64,000 nucleotides of DNA from positions 1 to 64,000 of IMG/VR virus record IMGVR_UViG_3300028030_000011, one strand, 5' to 3'. The stretch comes from a virus. A program made the position numbers and the translations under genes. Positions 1 to 9,271 of the stretch are shown in pieces (the first letter of the stretch is position 1; each line of letters opens with the position of its first letter). The notes under the pieces were generated by a model. The model was not told the DNA's origin and did no database searches. It saw nothing but the letters and a program-made list of their open reading frames with translations.

Positions 1-14
1 ATATATATAGGATT

Positions 15-78
15 TTGATACGATTAATTTGATATGGATTCGTATCAATTGATACGAATTGTATCAAAAAAGTATCAA
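15..78. repeat. Cluster of TTGATAC/GTATCAA half-sites including a perfect 22-bp palindrome ATTCGTATCAATTGATACGAAT (38-59); operator/parS/iteron-like
   Basis: Half-sites at 15, 29 (one mismatch), 42, 49, 61 and 72, directly upstream of the promoter of the ParB-like gene. Confidence 0.75.
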
Positions 79-81
79 TCA

Positions 82-103
82 TTTAAGGTTAAAATGCTAT
101 AAT
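82..103 (+). promoter_or_regulatory. Host sigma70-type promoter (Campylobacterota-like)
   Basis: TTTAAGGTTAAAATGCTATAAT: TTTAAG element plus extended -10 TGnTATAAT, 35 nt before ATG 138. Confidence 0.7.
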
Positions 104-137
104 ATATTTATTAAGAACCACAAACAAAGGAGTTACA

Positions 138-983
138 ATGAGTAATAAAATAATAGCAATTCTTAAAGATATTGATGAATCAGAAGTATCATATCATAAA
201 ATATCAAGGTTTCAATATCAATGGCATGAGTTATCATATACTGAGCCAAAGATGAGTGATAGTGATTATGAAGCATTGAAAGAGGATATACAGCTATTAG
301 GCAAAGTGCATAATCCTGTACTTATTTATGAGAATAAGATACTTGATGGAAGGCATAGACAAAAAGCCTGTGAAGAATTAGACTTTTTGATGCCTATCAA
401 GAAACTTACTAAAGAGTATAACATATCAGACTTAAGAGAGGTAGTTAGGAGTATTCATATGGCAAGAAATAAGACACAAAATCAAAAAATTATACAAGCA
501 TACAGATTCAAACAGACAGTATCTAATGTTACTTGGGAAGATGCTGCGCAAAGACATGGAGTAAAAGTATTAGCAATTAAAAGAATCAATACTCTATATA
601 ATCTTCTTCGAGATAATAATCATGAAAAAGATTTTTATGAAATCATGAGATTATTTGAGTATGGTATTGTATTGAATGAGAAAAAATTTAATTGGTTAAA
701 TAAAAATACTTCATCTTTTAGTGGAGCTATTAAACAGTTTAAAGATTATCTTGATAATTTACAATCAAAAATAAAAAATAAAAATATTGATACAACTGAA
801 ATAAATCCTGAGACAGGTGAGACATTAAAGAAAGATGTAAATCCATTTATAGAGGAATATAATGATGAAAATGCACAATTAAAAAAAGAGATTGAACGAT
901 TAAAAAAAGAAAATGAACAATTAAAGTCACAATTTGAAGAGAAAAATATGACTAAATTGGTTGATAAAATTAAAAACATCTAA
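138..983 (+). CDS. ParB/Srx N-terminal domain protein with C-terminal coiled coil
   Basis: LKEDIQ..NPVLIY..ILDGRHRQKA ParB-N motif; AAGGAG RBS. Confidence 0.7.
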   Translation: MSNKIIAILKDIDESEVSYHKISRFQYQWHELSYTEPKMSDSDYEALKEDIQLLGKVHNPVLIYENKILDGRHRQKACEELDFLMPIKKLTKEYNISDLREVVRSIHMARNKTQNQKIIQAYRFKQTVSNVTWEDAAQRHGVKVLAIKRINTLYNLLRDNNHEKDFYEIMRLFEYGIVLNEKKFNWLNKNTSSFSGAIKQFKDYLDNLQSKIKNKNIDTTEINPETGETLKKDVNPFIEEYNDENAQLKKEIERLKKENEQLKSQFEEKNMTKLVDKIKNI

Positions 984-1030
984 CCAAATGAACCACCTCT
1001 ACCACAACAACTAAATAGAAAGGAAAAATA

Positions 1031-1204
1031 ATGATAACATTAAGTATAAAAGTACATGATAAAACTATCTCTAAACATGATATTCAAAATATGACTTATG
1101 ACCAAGTATACCAATTGGCTAGTATAATCTCTGAAAAAGAGTGGAAGACTATATGCAATTGGTGGAATTATGCTAATCCACATAGCTATAGAATATTACA
1201 ATAG
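1031..1204 (+). CDS. Small hypothetical protein (57 aa, not in ORF track)
   Basis: AAAGGAAAAATA-ATG; open frame MITLSIKVHD...YRILQ*. Confidence 0.6.
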   Translation: MITLSIKVHDKTISKHDIQNMTYDQVYQLASIISEKEWKTICNWWNYANPHSYRILQ

Positions 1205-1216
1205 AAAGGAAAAATA

Positions 1217-1486
1217 ATGGATAATAAAATTAGAGGCAATCAAAAAAATATTAGACCTAAAGATACAATTTTAGAGGATGATAATCAAGCAAAACAAACA
1301 ATAGATGAAGCATTTAAAGCTTTTGGCAAAACATTCAATACGTCTGATGATAAAATAGGTATAACATTTCAAGATGATGACAATACAGTTGGAATACCAC
1401 AATCATTAATTGATTTAGTTGTAGCTCTTAATCCTGTTGATAAAGAGAAGCAAAAAGCAATTACTTATGAACTCTTCAAAAAATAA
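1217..1486 (+). CDS. Hypothetical protein
   Basis: ORF with AAAGGA RBS. Confidence 0.7.
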   Translation: MDNKIRGNQKNIRPKDTILEDDNQAKQTIDEAFKAFGKTFNTSDDKIGITFQDDDNTVGIPQSLIDLVVALNPVDKEKQKAITYELFKK

Positions 1487-1569
1487 AAAAATAAAATATG
1501 TTCTTAATTGTTAGTTATTATTGATAAATTATGAGTAATCTGATAGACTACTAATAAAAAGGATTCCAA

Positions 1570-2271
1570 ATGAATATATTAACACCATTCGGAAAAATAG
1601 TAGTTAGGTGTACATTTTATGGATTAATTTTAACAACAGTTACATCAACTGTAACTGTTGTATATATGCAATATATCTACAATAAAAAAATAGATATTGT
1701 TGATACTGTGCTAAGAAAAATAAATCTTCAACATATACAACAATATGAACCACCTAAACATACTGTAAACAAACCAAAGAATATTATGACTGCTGTAATT
1801 AATCATAAGCCAAATAATATTGACATATATTCTCCTACATACGTAATTACAGATAGTGTAAAGAATGCTATTTATAGCTATGAAAGTAACTTCAATACTA
1901 CAGTATTCTCTCCAAGTAGAAAACATAGTGGATTATGTCAAATGTCTGACGCTGCACTAACTGATGTATTTTATAAAAAAAATCATTTTGCATTTGCAAA
2001 AGAAGATTATAAAACACAAGATATGTATTGCACTAGAAGATTTAATTATATCCTGAATCTTCTAGTGAAAAAACATATTACTCCGAATATTATGAATATA
2101 TATACTGTTCATCAGTTAGGGTATAAAGGTGGTATTAATTTTATAAAAAAACATAAAATCAACAAAACTCATATAGTTAGCAATGTAAATAAGAAAAATC
2201 TTATTGATGCATGGATTAAACAGACAGAATTTAATCTCAATAAAGGATTAAATAAAATCAGAAAGGAATAA
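1570..2271 (+). CDS. Membrane-anchored lytic transglycosylase/lysozyme-fold protein
   Basis: N-terminal TM segment; SLT-like motifs AIYSYESNFN, GLCQM, HQLG. Confidence 0.55.
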   Translation: MNILTPFGKIVVRCTFYGLILTTVTSTVTVVYMQYIYNKKIDIVDTVLRKINLQHIQQYEPPKHTVNKPKNIMTAVINHKPNNIDIYSPTYVITDSVKNAIYSYESNFNTTVFSPSRKHSGLCQMSDAALTDVFYKKNHFAFAKEDYKTQDMYCTRRFNYILNLLVKKHITPNIMNIYTVHQLGYKGGINFIKKHKINKTHIVSNVNKKNLIDAWIKQTEFNLNKGLNKIRKE

Positions 2272-2275
2272 AAAA

Positions 2276-3148
2276 ATGAAATTAAAAAAGAGAAAAAATA
2301 AAAAGAAATCAATAAGTAACAACACAAAGAAGCTTCTCATTCTTACCCTACTAGCTTCAAGCTGTATAGATGCAAGTGAATATACTGATTTAGCTGATGA
2401 GAAAGTAAAAAATGTTTTAAAAAATACTATCTCATTGGCTACAAAATTACATCCAAAAGAAGAGTTGAATAAACTATATGAATTTTTAACAGATGAATTA
2501 AAAAATCATAAATATGATGAGAAATATATAACTGTAGAACAAGCTTTTGTACTATCAATCTTAACAATAGACAGGCATAAACTAGAAAACTTCTTTGGAT
2601 TTAAAAAATTTTCAATAGGTGAACTCGGTTCTTTTACTTCAAAAGAGGTAACTATATGGTTATCATTTTTAAATAAACTTGATGCATTCTGTAATACAAA
2701 ACCTTATGTATCAAAGATAGACCCAAAAGTTATAACAATTATAGAAAGGAGAAAAATAAATAAAAAGAAAAAGACTAGAACACATTCACAATCAAACAAA
2801 ATTGCATCAAAAACAGCTAAACTCTCTAAAGGTAAGCAAAAGTATATAGAGAAGAAAGAAAAGGTTAGAAGTGTTTTAAATAACCTCAAAATTTTAGCAT
2901 TTAAAACTAAGGTAGATAAATTTGTTGAAAATGATGATGATAACTTCTTTATATCTTATGAACCACCTCTCAATACTGACAACATAATATATATACAAGA
3001 TAGTATCAATGGATTAGATTATTGGCTATGGTTCTTAAAAGAAGATGTTAGATACTCATGTGATTGGAAACTTATTACATCTAAAAGATATATTGAAACA
3101 CAAGAAGTACTCCAAGAAATATCGAATGAAATCAAGGAGTTATGGTAA
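2276..3148 (+). CDS. Hypothetical protein (Lys-rich)
   Basis: Long ORF with RBS; no motif recognised. Confidence 0.7.
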   Translation: MKLKKRKNKKKSISNNTKKLLILTLLASSCIDASEYTDLADEKVKNVLKNTISLATKLHPKEELNKLYEFLTDELKNHKYDEKYITVEQAFVLSILTIDRHKLENFFGFKKFSIGELGSFTSKEVTIWLSFLNKLDAFCNTKPYVSKIDPKVITIIERRKINKKKKTRTHSQSNKIASKTAKLSKGKQKYIEKKEKVRSVLNNLKILAFKTKVDKFVENDDDNFFISYEPPLNTDNIIYIQDSINGLDYWLWFLKEDVRYSCDWKLITSKRYIETQEVLQEISNEIKELW

Positions 3149-3381
3149 TGGATGAATATATCGTTGTTAAAAAAATATTCCAAGAATCAGATAAGAATAT
3201 CTATAGAGGTTCAAGAGATGATTGCGAATTTGTAAAAACAATATTAGAGGAATATCATAAATTTGATAGAGATGTATCTATTTCAATAATTGGTGTATAT
3301 ACTGAATTTAATACTATTAGAAGTTTTATGAATGAATATCAATACGAATATGATGAATTAAAAAAGAAAGGAAAATTATGA
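3142..3381 (+). CDS. Hypothetical protein
   Basis: Overlapping start/stop coupling, AAGGAG RBS. Confidence 0.65.
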   Translation: MVMDEYIVVKKIFQESDKNIYRGSRDDCEFVKTILEEYHKFDRDVSISIIGVYTEFNTIRSFMNEYQYEYDELKKKGKL

Positions 3382-3857
3382 AACTATGGTTCAATAAAAA
3401 AACTAAGAAATTCTTAGTAACAGATGATAACTATAATAAGCCAATAAAGCTATTTATGAACAAGGTGGAGGTTACTTTTAAAGAGTTAGAGAAAAGCTCT
3501 TATAATGGATGGAGTGACTTCATATTGCCAAAAAGAGACAATGTTATTCTAATCCCTAATAAGCATGGTAAAACATTTAGTAAATTCAAAGTAATGTATC
3601 ACAATATAAAGATTGCTAAAAGATTTATTGATAGTGGAGATTTACCAATTTATACTCAACATCTTTATTCTATACATTTCTTAAAAACAGAAAAGATGTA
3701 TTGGATTCCATCAAAATATAAAAATAAAGGATTCCCAATACATCTTGAAGATACAGATGGGTTCATTGTATCAATACAATTAGATGATGATGATAATGAT
3801 ATGGCTATATTTGATTACTATATGGCTCAAACAATTAGAGATTATGTGAATCCGTAA
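3378..3857 (+). CDS. Hypothetical protein
   Basis: ATGA coupling, AAAGGA RBS. Confidence 0.7.
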   Translation: MKLWFNKKTKKFLVTDDNYNKPIKLFMNKVEVTFKELEKSSYNGWSDFILPKRDNVILIPNKHGKTFSKFKVMYHNIKIAKRFIDSGDLPIYTQHLYSIHFLKTEKMYWIPSKYKNKGFPIHLEDTDGFIVSIQLDDDDNDMAIFDYYMAQTIRDYVNP

Positions 3858-3928
3858 GACTATTGATTATTGGAATTTCTAGTAATCAACTAAAAGGTAA
3901 ACAGAACCACCTCTACTCCCAACACTCA

Positions 3929-4079
3929 TCCATGAAGTTCAAAATGGATGGGATTGAAATTAAAATGTATTTTAAAGCAACCAAAGCAGGACACCGTAGG
4001 TGTTCTGTCGAAACCCTCGTAGAGTGGTTGGTTTAAAATATATTTTAATTTCAAGTCCATTTATTTTTTACTTCATGGA
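3929..4079. repeat. About 150-bp imperfect inverted repeat with small GC-rich hairpins in the loop
   Basis: TCCATGAAGT/ACTTCATGGA outer arms; 3954-3983 pairs with 4025-4054; loop GGACACC-GTA-GGTGTTC and CTC-GTA-GAG. Confidence 0.85.
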
Positions 4080-4134
4080 CTTACAGCGTAATTGATTTAA
4101 GATATATTAACAAAAAAAATAAAAAGGAAAATAA

Positions 4135-4740
4135 ATGCAAATTATAAAAAAATTATCAAATTTACCACTTAAAGTAAATGAAAAATATTTACTTGAAAAT
4201 ATTACTTATTTAAATGAAAAAAAAGGAATTTATCCACAAGTAACTTTTACAATAAAAAATACAAAATATCAAATCAATTCTCAAAAAATATTCAAAGATA
4301 ATAGAAAAGATTTTGAAGGTAAAGGTGTTGAACTCTGGTTCTTAAGTTGGAAAGATTATAGAGGTGAGAAAAGAGTTAAATTTAGTTTGGATTATGAAGA
4401 TATTCCAGACGAACCAACTGATATAATGACTGTATTTTATTTAATTGATGTAGATGGTTCATTATTCATCAAATGGCATAAAAAAGTTACTAAAAAAACT
4501 ATAAATGAATATAAAGATAGAATAAAAAATAATGATAATATGACTCTTATTGATTCAGTAAATATACCTGTTTTCATTAAACCAAACTATATTCTAAATG
4601 CAATGTTCAAATATATGAAAGATTCAACTTATGGAGATTATCTTATTAGAGATACTCAGAACCATACTACATGGAAGTTTATATGTGAAGTAGTTCTAAA
4701 TGAAGATAGTTATACTAAAAAAAATAAAACTAAACTTTAG
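4135..4740 (+). CDS. Hypothetical protein
   Basis: ORF with AAAAGGA RBS. Confidence 0.7.
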   Translation: MQIIKKLSNLPLKVNEKYLLENITYLNEKKGIYPQVTFTIKNTKYQINSQKIFKDNRKDFEGKGVELWFLSWKDYRGEKRVKFSLDYEDIPDEPTDIMTVFYLIDVDGSLFIKWHKKVTKKTINEYKDRIKNNDNMTLIDSVNIPVFIKPNYILNAMFKYMKDSTYGDYLIRDTQNHTTWKFICEVVLNEDSYTKKNKTKL

Positions 4741-4781
4741 TTTTTTTGAGAGAAATTGACAAAAAACTTTTACTCTGTATG

Positions 4782-4933
4782 CTTCTAGCCTAAGAAATCT
4801 TCAAAGATAAAAATGAAAAGGATAAATTTAAAAGATTTCTCTACGAGGGTAACACGAAACGCTTACAGCGTTCCGTACAAATCTTTCAAATTCATCCTTT
4901 TCATTTTCACTTCTTGCTTTCTTAGACTAGAAG
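4782..4933. repeat. About 150-bp imperfect inverted repeat
   Basis: CTTCTAGCCTAAGAAA/TTTCTTAGACTAGAAG outer arms; 4810-4838 pairs with 4879-4907; loop contains CTCTACGAGGGT, the reverse complement of 4013-4024. Confidence 0.85.
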
Positions 4934-5177
4934 AAGGGTTAAGGAATGAAGAAGTAATTGATTTAAGATAGATACTCTAAAAAAATAAACCTTTTTATAT
5001 ATAAATATATATAAATATATAAGGGTAATTTTCATCAAATCCCATAATCTTGGGAAACATAAGCATTTTAAGCTATTAATTTTGTCGCTATACTATAGTG
5101 CTGACCTACAACTATGTCGTTATAAAGGTAGTTTCAGCTACAATATTGTCGGTAAAATTATAATAAAAGGAGGATTC

Positions 5178-5636
5178 ATGGAAGAAATGAACCCTGATTA
5201 CGAAAGATATTATGATGGTTACGGTGTACCATATCAGCATTATAGCAAAAGATATTTTAATCTTATTAGCAAAATATATCCACCAGAGGAGAGAAATTTG
5301 AAAGCACAAAATACAAAAATAAATTCTGCATATAGAAAAGAACTCATTGAAGCTGTAGGTATTGATGGATATGTACTTATGGAATGGTTCGTAGAAAGAG
5401 TTACATACAGATATTTTAATCCACAAGATAATAAACATATAGGAGATTCATTAGGACTATCACCAAAAAAAATAGAAAGAATAAAAAAGAAATTAAAAGA
5501 GCATAATTATCTTTTAATAGTAAAAGTAAATTCAAACCCTGATGTGTATCAAACAATTATGGGTAAATCAGCAATTAAAGCTTATCTTGGAGATAAGTTT
5601 AAACCAAATGAACCACCACAAGATACTATACAGTAG
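5178..5636 (+). CDS. Winged-HTH protein, putative replication initiator
   Basis: Start moved to ATG 5178 (AAAAGGAGG RBS); HIGDSLGLSPKKIERIKKKLKEHNYL HTH. Confidence 0.55.
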   Translation: MEEMNPDYERYYDGYGVPYQHYSKRYFNLISKIYPPEERNLKAQNTKINSAYRKELIEAVGIDGYVLMEWFVERVTYRYFNPQDNKHIGDSLGLSPKKIERIKKKLKEHNYLLIVKVNSNPDVYQTIMGKSAIKAYLGDKFKPNEPPQDTIQ

Positions 5637-5663
5637 ACGATATGTTGATGGTTCAAAAACAAC
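5608..5663 (+). repeat. 56-bp direct repeat, copy 1 (TGAACCA...TGGTTCA hairpin)
   Basis: Identical to 6640-6695. Confidence 0.95.
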
Positions 5664-5894
5664 TTAGGGTGGAGCGTTCTGCTATGAGTGTGCTTTAGCA
5701 CACGAATGTAAGAAAACCCACACCTTATACTACTTTTGATTACAAGCCTATTTATTTTTTACTTCATGGGCTTACGGCAGTAATTGATTAAGATATATTA
5801 CTCAAAAAAATACTAAAAGATATACTTGTTCAACTTTAGCATAAAAAAACTCATGCAAATCCCACAGTTATGGTCTTTATAAAGGTTTTTAGCT

Positions 5895-5996
5895 GTAACT
5901 GACAGTTACACTTTTATATGTTTTTGCTTCCAAAAAATATCAAATAATAACTATTATTTACATTATTGTTTGCATATTTATGTAATCAACAGTTAC
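5895..5996. promoter_or_regulatory. Two palindromic operator/iteron-like sites upstream of the RepL-like gene
   Basis: TGTAACTGACAGTTACA (about 5894-5910) and TGTAATCAACAGTTAC (5981-5996); TATAAT at 6009. Confidence 0.55.
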
Positions 5997-6040
5997 TATA
6001 TTGTATACTATAATAATTAATAAGAACAAAGGATTTTTAA

Positions 6041-6643
6041 GTGGCTAATGAGTTTAAAGTGTATCCTGTGCATCAAACTTTAGTAGAACAAAGAACTATT
6101 GATGACACAAGAAAATACATAGAAATTATGAAAAGTAAATCTTACAATTATAGAGTCAAATTAATAAAAAAGGATTTAAAAAAGATGAATAGAGAAGGGA
6201 TAGTCATATTTAATTCAATAAGCATGAACTCTGGTAAAGCAGTTCTTCCTATAATGAATTTAATTATTGAAAATACTAATAGGCATAATATGTTATGTAT
6301 TAATAGAACTACTTTTGCAACAACAACTGATTTGGTTAAATTAGCAAAAGTTTCAAGACCTACTGTTACAAAATATATAAAAAAACTTGTAGATAAAAAT
6401 ATCATAAAAAGACATGATAAAAATTTTATGCTTAGTCCATATATCTTCTATCCTAATATTGATGACTTTAACCTCAAAATATTACAAGAGTATTGGGATA
6501 ATGATTTTAAAAAAAGCAAAGAGTCTATAGCTTCTGAAATTCAAGTAGAAATAAACTCTATGCTTGAAGATGCAAAAGAATTTGTAGGAGCTTCAAGAAC
6601 AGAGTTTGAACAATTACAATCAGTTAAAAAAATGACTAGATGA
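6041..6643 (+). CDS. RepL-like replication/maintenance protein (winged HTH)
   Basis: DLVKLAKVSRPTVTKYIKKLVDKNII...FMLSPYIF pattern typical of the RepL family; GTG start with AAAGGA RBS. Confidence 0.6.
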   Translation: MANEFKVYPVHQTLVEQRTIDDTRKYIEIMKSKSYNYRVKLIKKDLKKMNREGIVIFNSISMNSGKAVLPIMNLIIENTNRHNMLCINRTTFATTTDLVKLAKVSRPTVTKYIKKLVDKNIIKRHDKNFMLSPYIFYPNIDDFNLKILQEYWDNDFKKSKESIASEIQVEINSMLEDAKEFVGASRTEFEQLQSVKKMTR

Positions 6644-6695
6644 ACCACCACAAGATACTATACAGTAGACGATATGTTGATGGTTCAAAAACAAC
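6640..6695 (+). repeat. 56-bp direct repeat, copy 2
   Basis: Identical to 5608-5663. Confidence 0.95.
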
Positions 6696-6709
6696 GAAAG
6701 GAATAAAAA

Positions 6710-7216
6710 ATGATTAATAAAATTAAAAAATATATTGAATATCTAACAACTATGAGACAACATATTCAACTGGTTCATAAAGATAGAGCTATCTATGGTC
6801 AAGTACAAACAATAGATGACATTATCAGTATTCAGAATCATTTAAAGAAATTAGAAGCAATTCTACAAAAAGAACTTGATGATAAAAGATACTACATCAT
6901 ATCATTTGATTGTAATGGTTTACTTGTAATTAATGATGTAGTAATCAATCAACTAGTGTTCTATCGAGAGTTAATCGACTATAAACCAGAAAATAAGCTT
7001 GAATTGATTGAATCAATACAAGAGCTTACCAAAGATGCTGATGAACAGTATTTAGCACTAATGCGTGATGATATAGCCCATTTACAATCAATTGATGATG
7101 AGATATGCTTCAATCATATTGAAACTAATGAATATATCTTCTTTAGTGAACAACCTGATAAGTTCAATGAAATATGTGAAAGAATATTAGATGAGCATTA
7201 TACGTTATCTAGCTGA
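6710..7216 (+). CDS. Hypothetical protein
   Basis: ORF with AAAGGA RBS. Confidence 0.7.
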   Translation: MINKIKKYIEYLTTMRQHIQLVHKDRAIYGQVQTIDDIISIQNHLKKLEAILQKELDDKRYYIISFDCNGLLVINDVVINQLVFYRELIDYKPENKLELIESIQELTKDADEQYLALMRDDIAHLQSIDDEICFNHIETNEYIFFSEQPDKFNEICERILDEHYTLSS

Positions 7217-7220
7217 CTGA

Positions 7221-7271
7221 TGAACCACTCTAAATAGTGTTACCTATACAATGAGTCTATTGAGTGGTTCA
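7221..7271. terminator. Hairpin TGAACCACTC...GAGTGGTTCA
   Basis: Inverted repeat just after stop 7216. Confidence 0.55.
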
Positions 7272-7350
7272 AATAGCTTAGAATTGATTCTCATGCTTTT
7301 TTCTACATTTTACTTAGACACATGGCTTTTAGCCTGTGTCTTAATACTGA

Positions 7351-7407
7351 TTGTTAGTTAATTTTAACTACCCTAAATGGACTACTTGTTAGTTAATTTT
7401 AACTATA
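7351..7407 (+). repeat. Two copies of TTGTTAGTTAATTTTAACTA
   Basis: At 7351 and 7387; internal palindrome TAGTTAA-TT-TTAACTA. Confidence 0.8.
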
Positions 7408-7524
7408 CCGAACTACTAAGTACATTTTCTCTCAATGAAGCGTAGCGAAAATTGAGAGTGGTTGTAAAACATATTTTCTATGCCATTATTTCTAATGGCA
7501 TTAAAGTTCCAATGGAAATAATAG

Positions 7525-7614
7525 AGAGTAAAATTTTTTAACTTTCTACTAGATAGTAAAATTTTTTTACCTAGATAGTAAAATTTTTTTACCTAGATAG
7601 TAAAATTTTTTTAC
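7525..7614 (+). repeat. 22-bp iteron-like tandem repeat TAGATAGTAAAATTTTTTTACC x3 plus one degenerate copy; putative replication origin
   Basis: Units at 7550, 7572, 7594 (two helical turns each); degenerate copy at 7525; AT-rich tract follows. Confidence 0.8.
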
Positions 7615-7735
7615 TATGGCTTTTTTAATTTAATCTTAAATATAAATATTATATGTATAGATAACATATATAATTTTTATATGTTTTTTATATAATATAT
7701 GCTACAATTGCATAACTAACAAATAGGAGTCAAAA

Positions 7736-7912
7736 ATGTCAGATATGACTAAAGTACGAAAAAAAGCTAAAAAAGGTGTTCTAATCAATCTTGATGAGAA
7801 CAGCAAAATGCTTCTTATTCTGTTAGCTGAAAAAGATACTAGCTCAATGAGCCAAGTAATTAGAAGGTTAATCAATGATGAAGCAAGAAGACGAGATATT
7901 AAGCTCGACTAA
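7736..7912 (+). CDS. CopG/ribbon-helix-helix regulator (58 aa, not in ORF track)
   Basis: AGGAG RBS; GVLINLDENSKMLLILLAEKDTSSMSQVIRRLI fits the RHH pattern; overlaps the next gene. Confidence 0.7.
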   Translation: MSDMTKVRKKAKKGVLINLDENSKMLLILLAEKDTSSMSQVIRRLINDEARRRDIKLD

Positions 7913-8315
7913 TAGTTGGCAAAATATAGGTATTTGTACTCAATTAATGAGAGACAAAATTCAACCTAAGTATTGGAATGTTTATCTTGAAATTGTAAGT
8001 AGGTCATTTGGATATGGTCAATCTAAAACAAATAGATATATAATGAAAGAATGGTGCAAATGGCTTAAAATTACAAAACCAACTTTTATAAAACATATTC
8101 ATTGGTTATCTGATAACAATTTCATTGAAATAATTCAATATCAAGAATATGTTGTAGATGGTGGTTCAAAACCATTTGCTTATGCACCTACATTTCCACA
8201 TAAAATTGATAAAAAGTATGGTCTTATAAATATTAAAGATATACAAAAAGACCGTGATAGAAAGAAAAGAAAAAAAGAAGCACAAGAACAAGCAAAAAAT
8301 AGAACATTAATCTAA
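7875..8315 (+). CDS. Phage replication-initiator-like (O-protein N-terminal wHTH) protein
   Basis: YLEIVSRSFGYGQ...WCKWLKITKPTFIKHIHWLSDNNFI. Confidence 0.5.
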   Translation: MMKQEDEILSSTNSWQNIGICTQLMRDKIQPKYWNVYLEIVSRSFGYGQSKTNRYIMKEWCKWLKITKPTFIKHIHWLSDNNFIEIIQYQEYVVDGGSKPFAYAPTFPHKIDKKYGLINIKDIQKDRDRKKRKKEAQEQAKNRTLI

Positions 8316-8372
8316 ATGACTACTACATGCTATAGGTGCATCATGCATCCAAATAAATAAAAAGGGAAAACA

Positions 8373-8879
8373 ATGGATATATTAAAAGAAAGAAAAGAGA
8401 AGTTAAAAAGAGACGAAATAGAGGATATCAGACTAAAGAAATTAAGAGAAAATATTTGTAAAAAAATAACTCTTAATAATGATATTAGACTAGAGATATT
8501 CGATAAATTATATGGTACTGATTTGATTGAAAAAGGCGAAGTTATTTTAGGAAGAAGTGATGAAATACAAACAATAGAAATATATAAAACAATGAATTGT
8601 TTCCCATTTACAAATGTTTCAGCAACTGATTTTGTAACAGCTTTTAAACCATTGGGTTATAAAAAATGGTCAAATATATGTGATGTATGGAGTTTTGGTA
8701 GAAAAATAACAGATTATGGAGATTTACTTAGAATAGAATCTTTATACCTGAATGAAGAGGAAAGTAAAAAAATAATAGATATTGGTAGTAAAAAATATAA
8801 TTGCAAAACAAAAATTGAAAATAGACAATTATTGTTTGGTGGTAAAGTAGAAGCAATAATTTTGTATTTAGATGAATAA
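8373..8879 (+). CDS. Hypothetical protein
   Basis: ORF with AAAAGGGA RBS. Confidence 0.7.
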   Translation: MDILKERKEKLKRDEIEDIRLKKLRENICKKITLNNDIRLEIFDKLYGTDLIEKGEVILGRSDEIQTIEIYKTMNCFPFTNVSATDFVTAFKPLGYKKWSNICDVWSFGRKITDYGDLLRIESLYLNEEESKKIIDIGSKKYNCKTKIENRQLLFGGKVEAIILYLDE

Positions 8880-9271
8880 GAGAAATAAAATGACTGGAAA
8901 TATATGTTGTGACTGCTTTAGCAGTATATGCGTTGATAATCAATTATCATGCTACATTCAAGCTTCAAACAAAAGTGGTAAGTGTGAAGTATGTGGTTAA
9001 GAATTTGGTATGTTTTATTCTATAAGAGATGAAATCGAAAAAGCAAAACAAGTAAAAAAATAACAAATTTACGAAAAGGTTATTGAAATGAGCAAAAACA
9101 TAGAAGTAAATGATAACGATTATGGAAACGTTAAATTAATTGTTTACAGATTGGTTCGATAATGAAATCTCTTAATATAGAACTTGGTCTTAAAGTCTTG
9201 CGACTGTATGTAAAGATACGTAAAAGAGCTACTGTTAGCGAATATGCTAGATTTATAAAAAGGAATAAATT

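Noticed and set aside
8889-9063. Short Cys-rich ORF MTGNICCDC...CEVCG
   Set aside because: Only about 36 codons with a weak RBS; possibly a frameshifted remnant, not supportable
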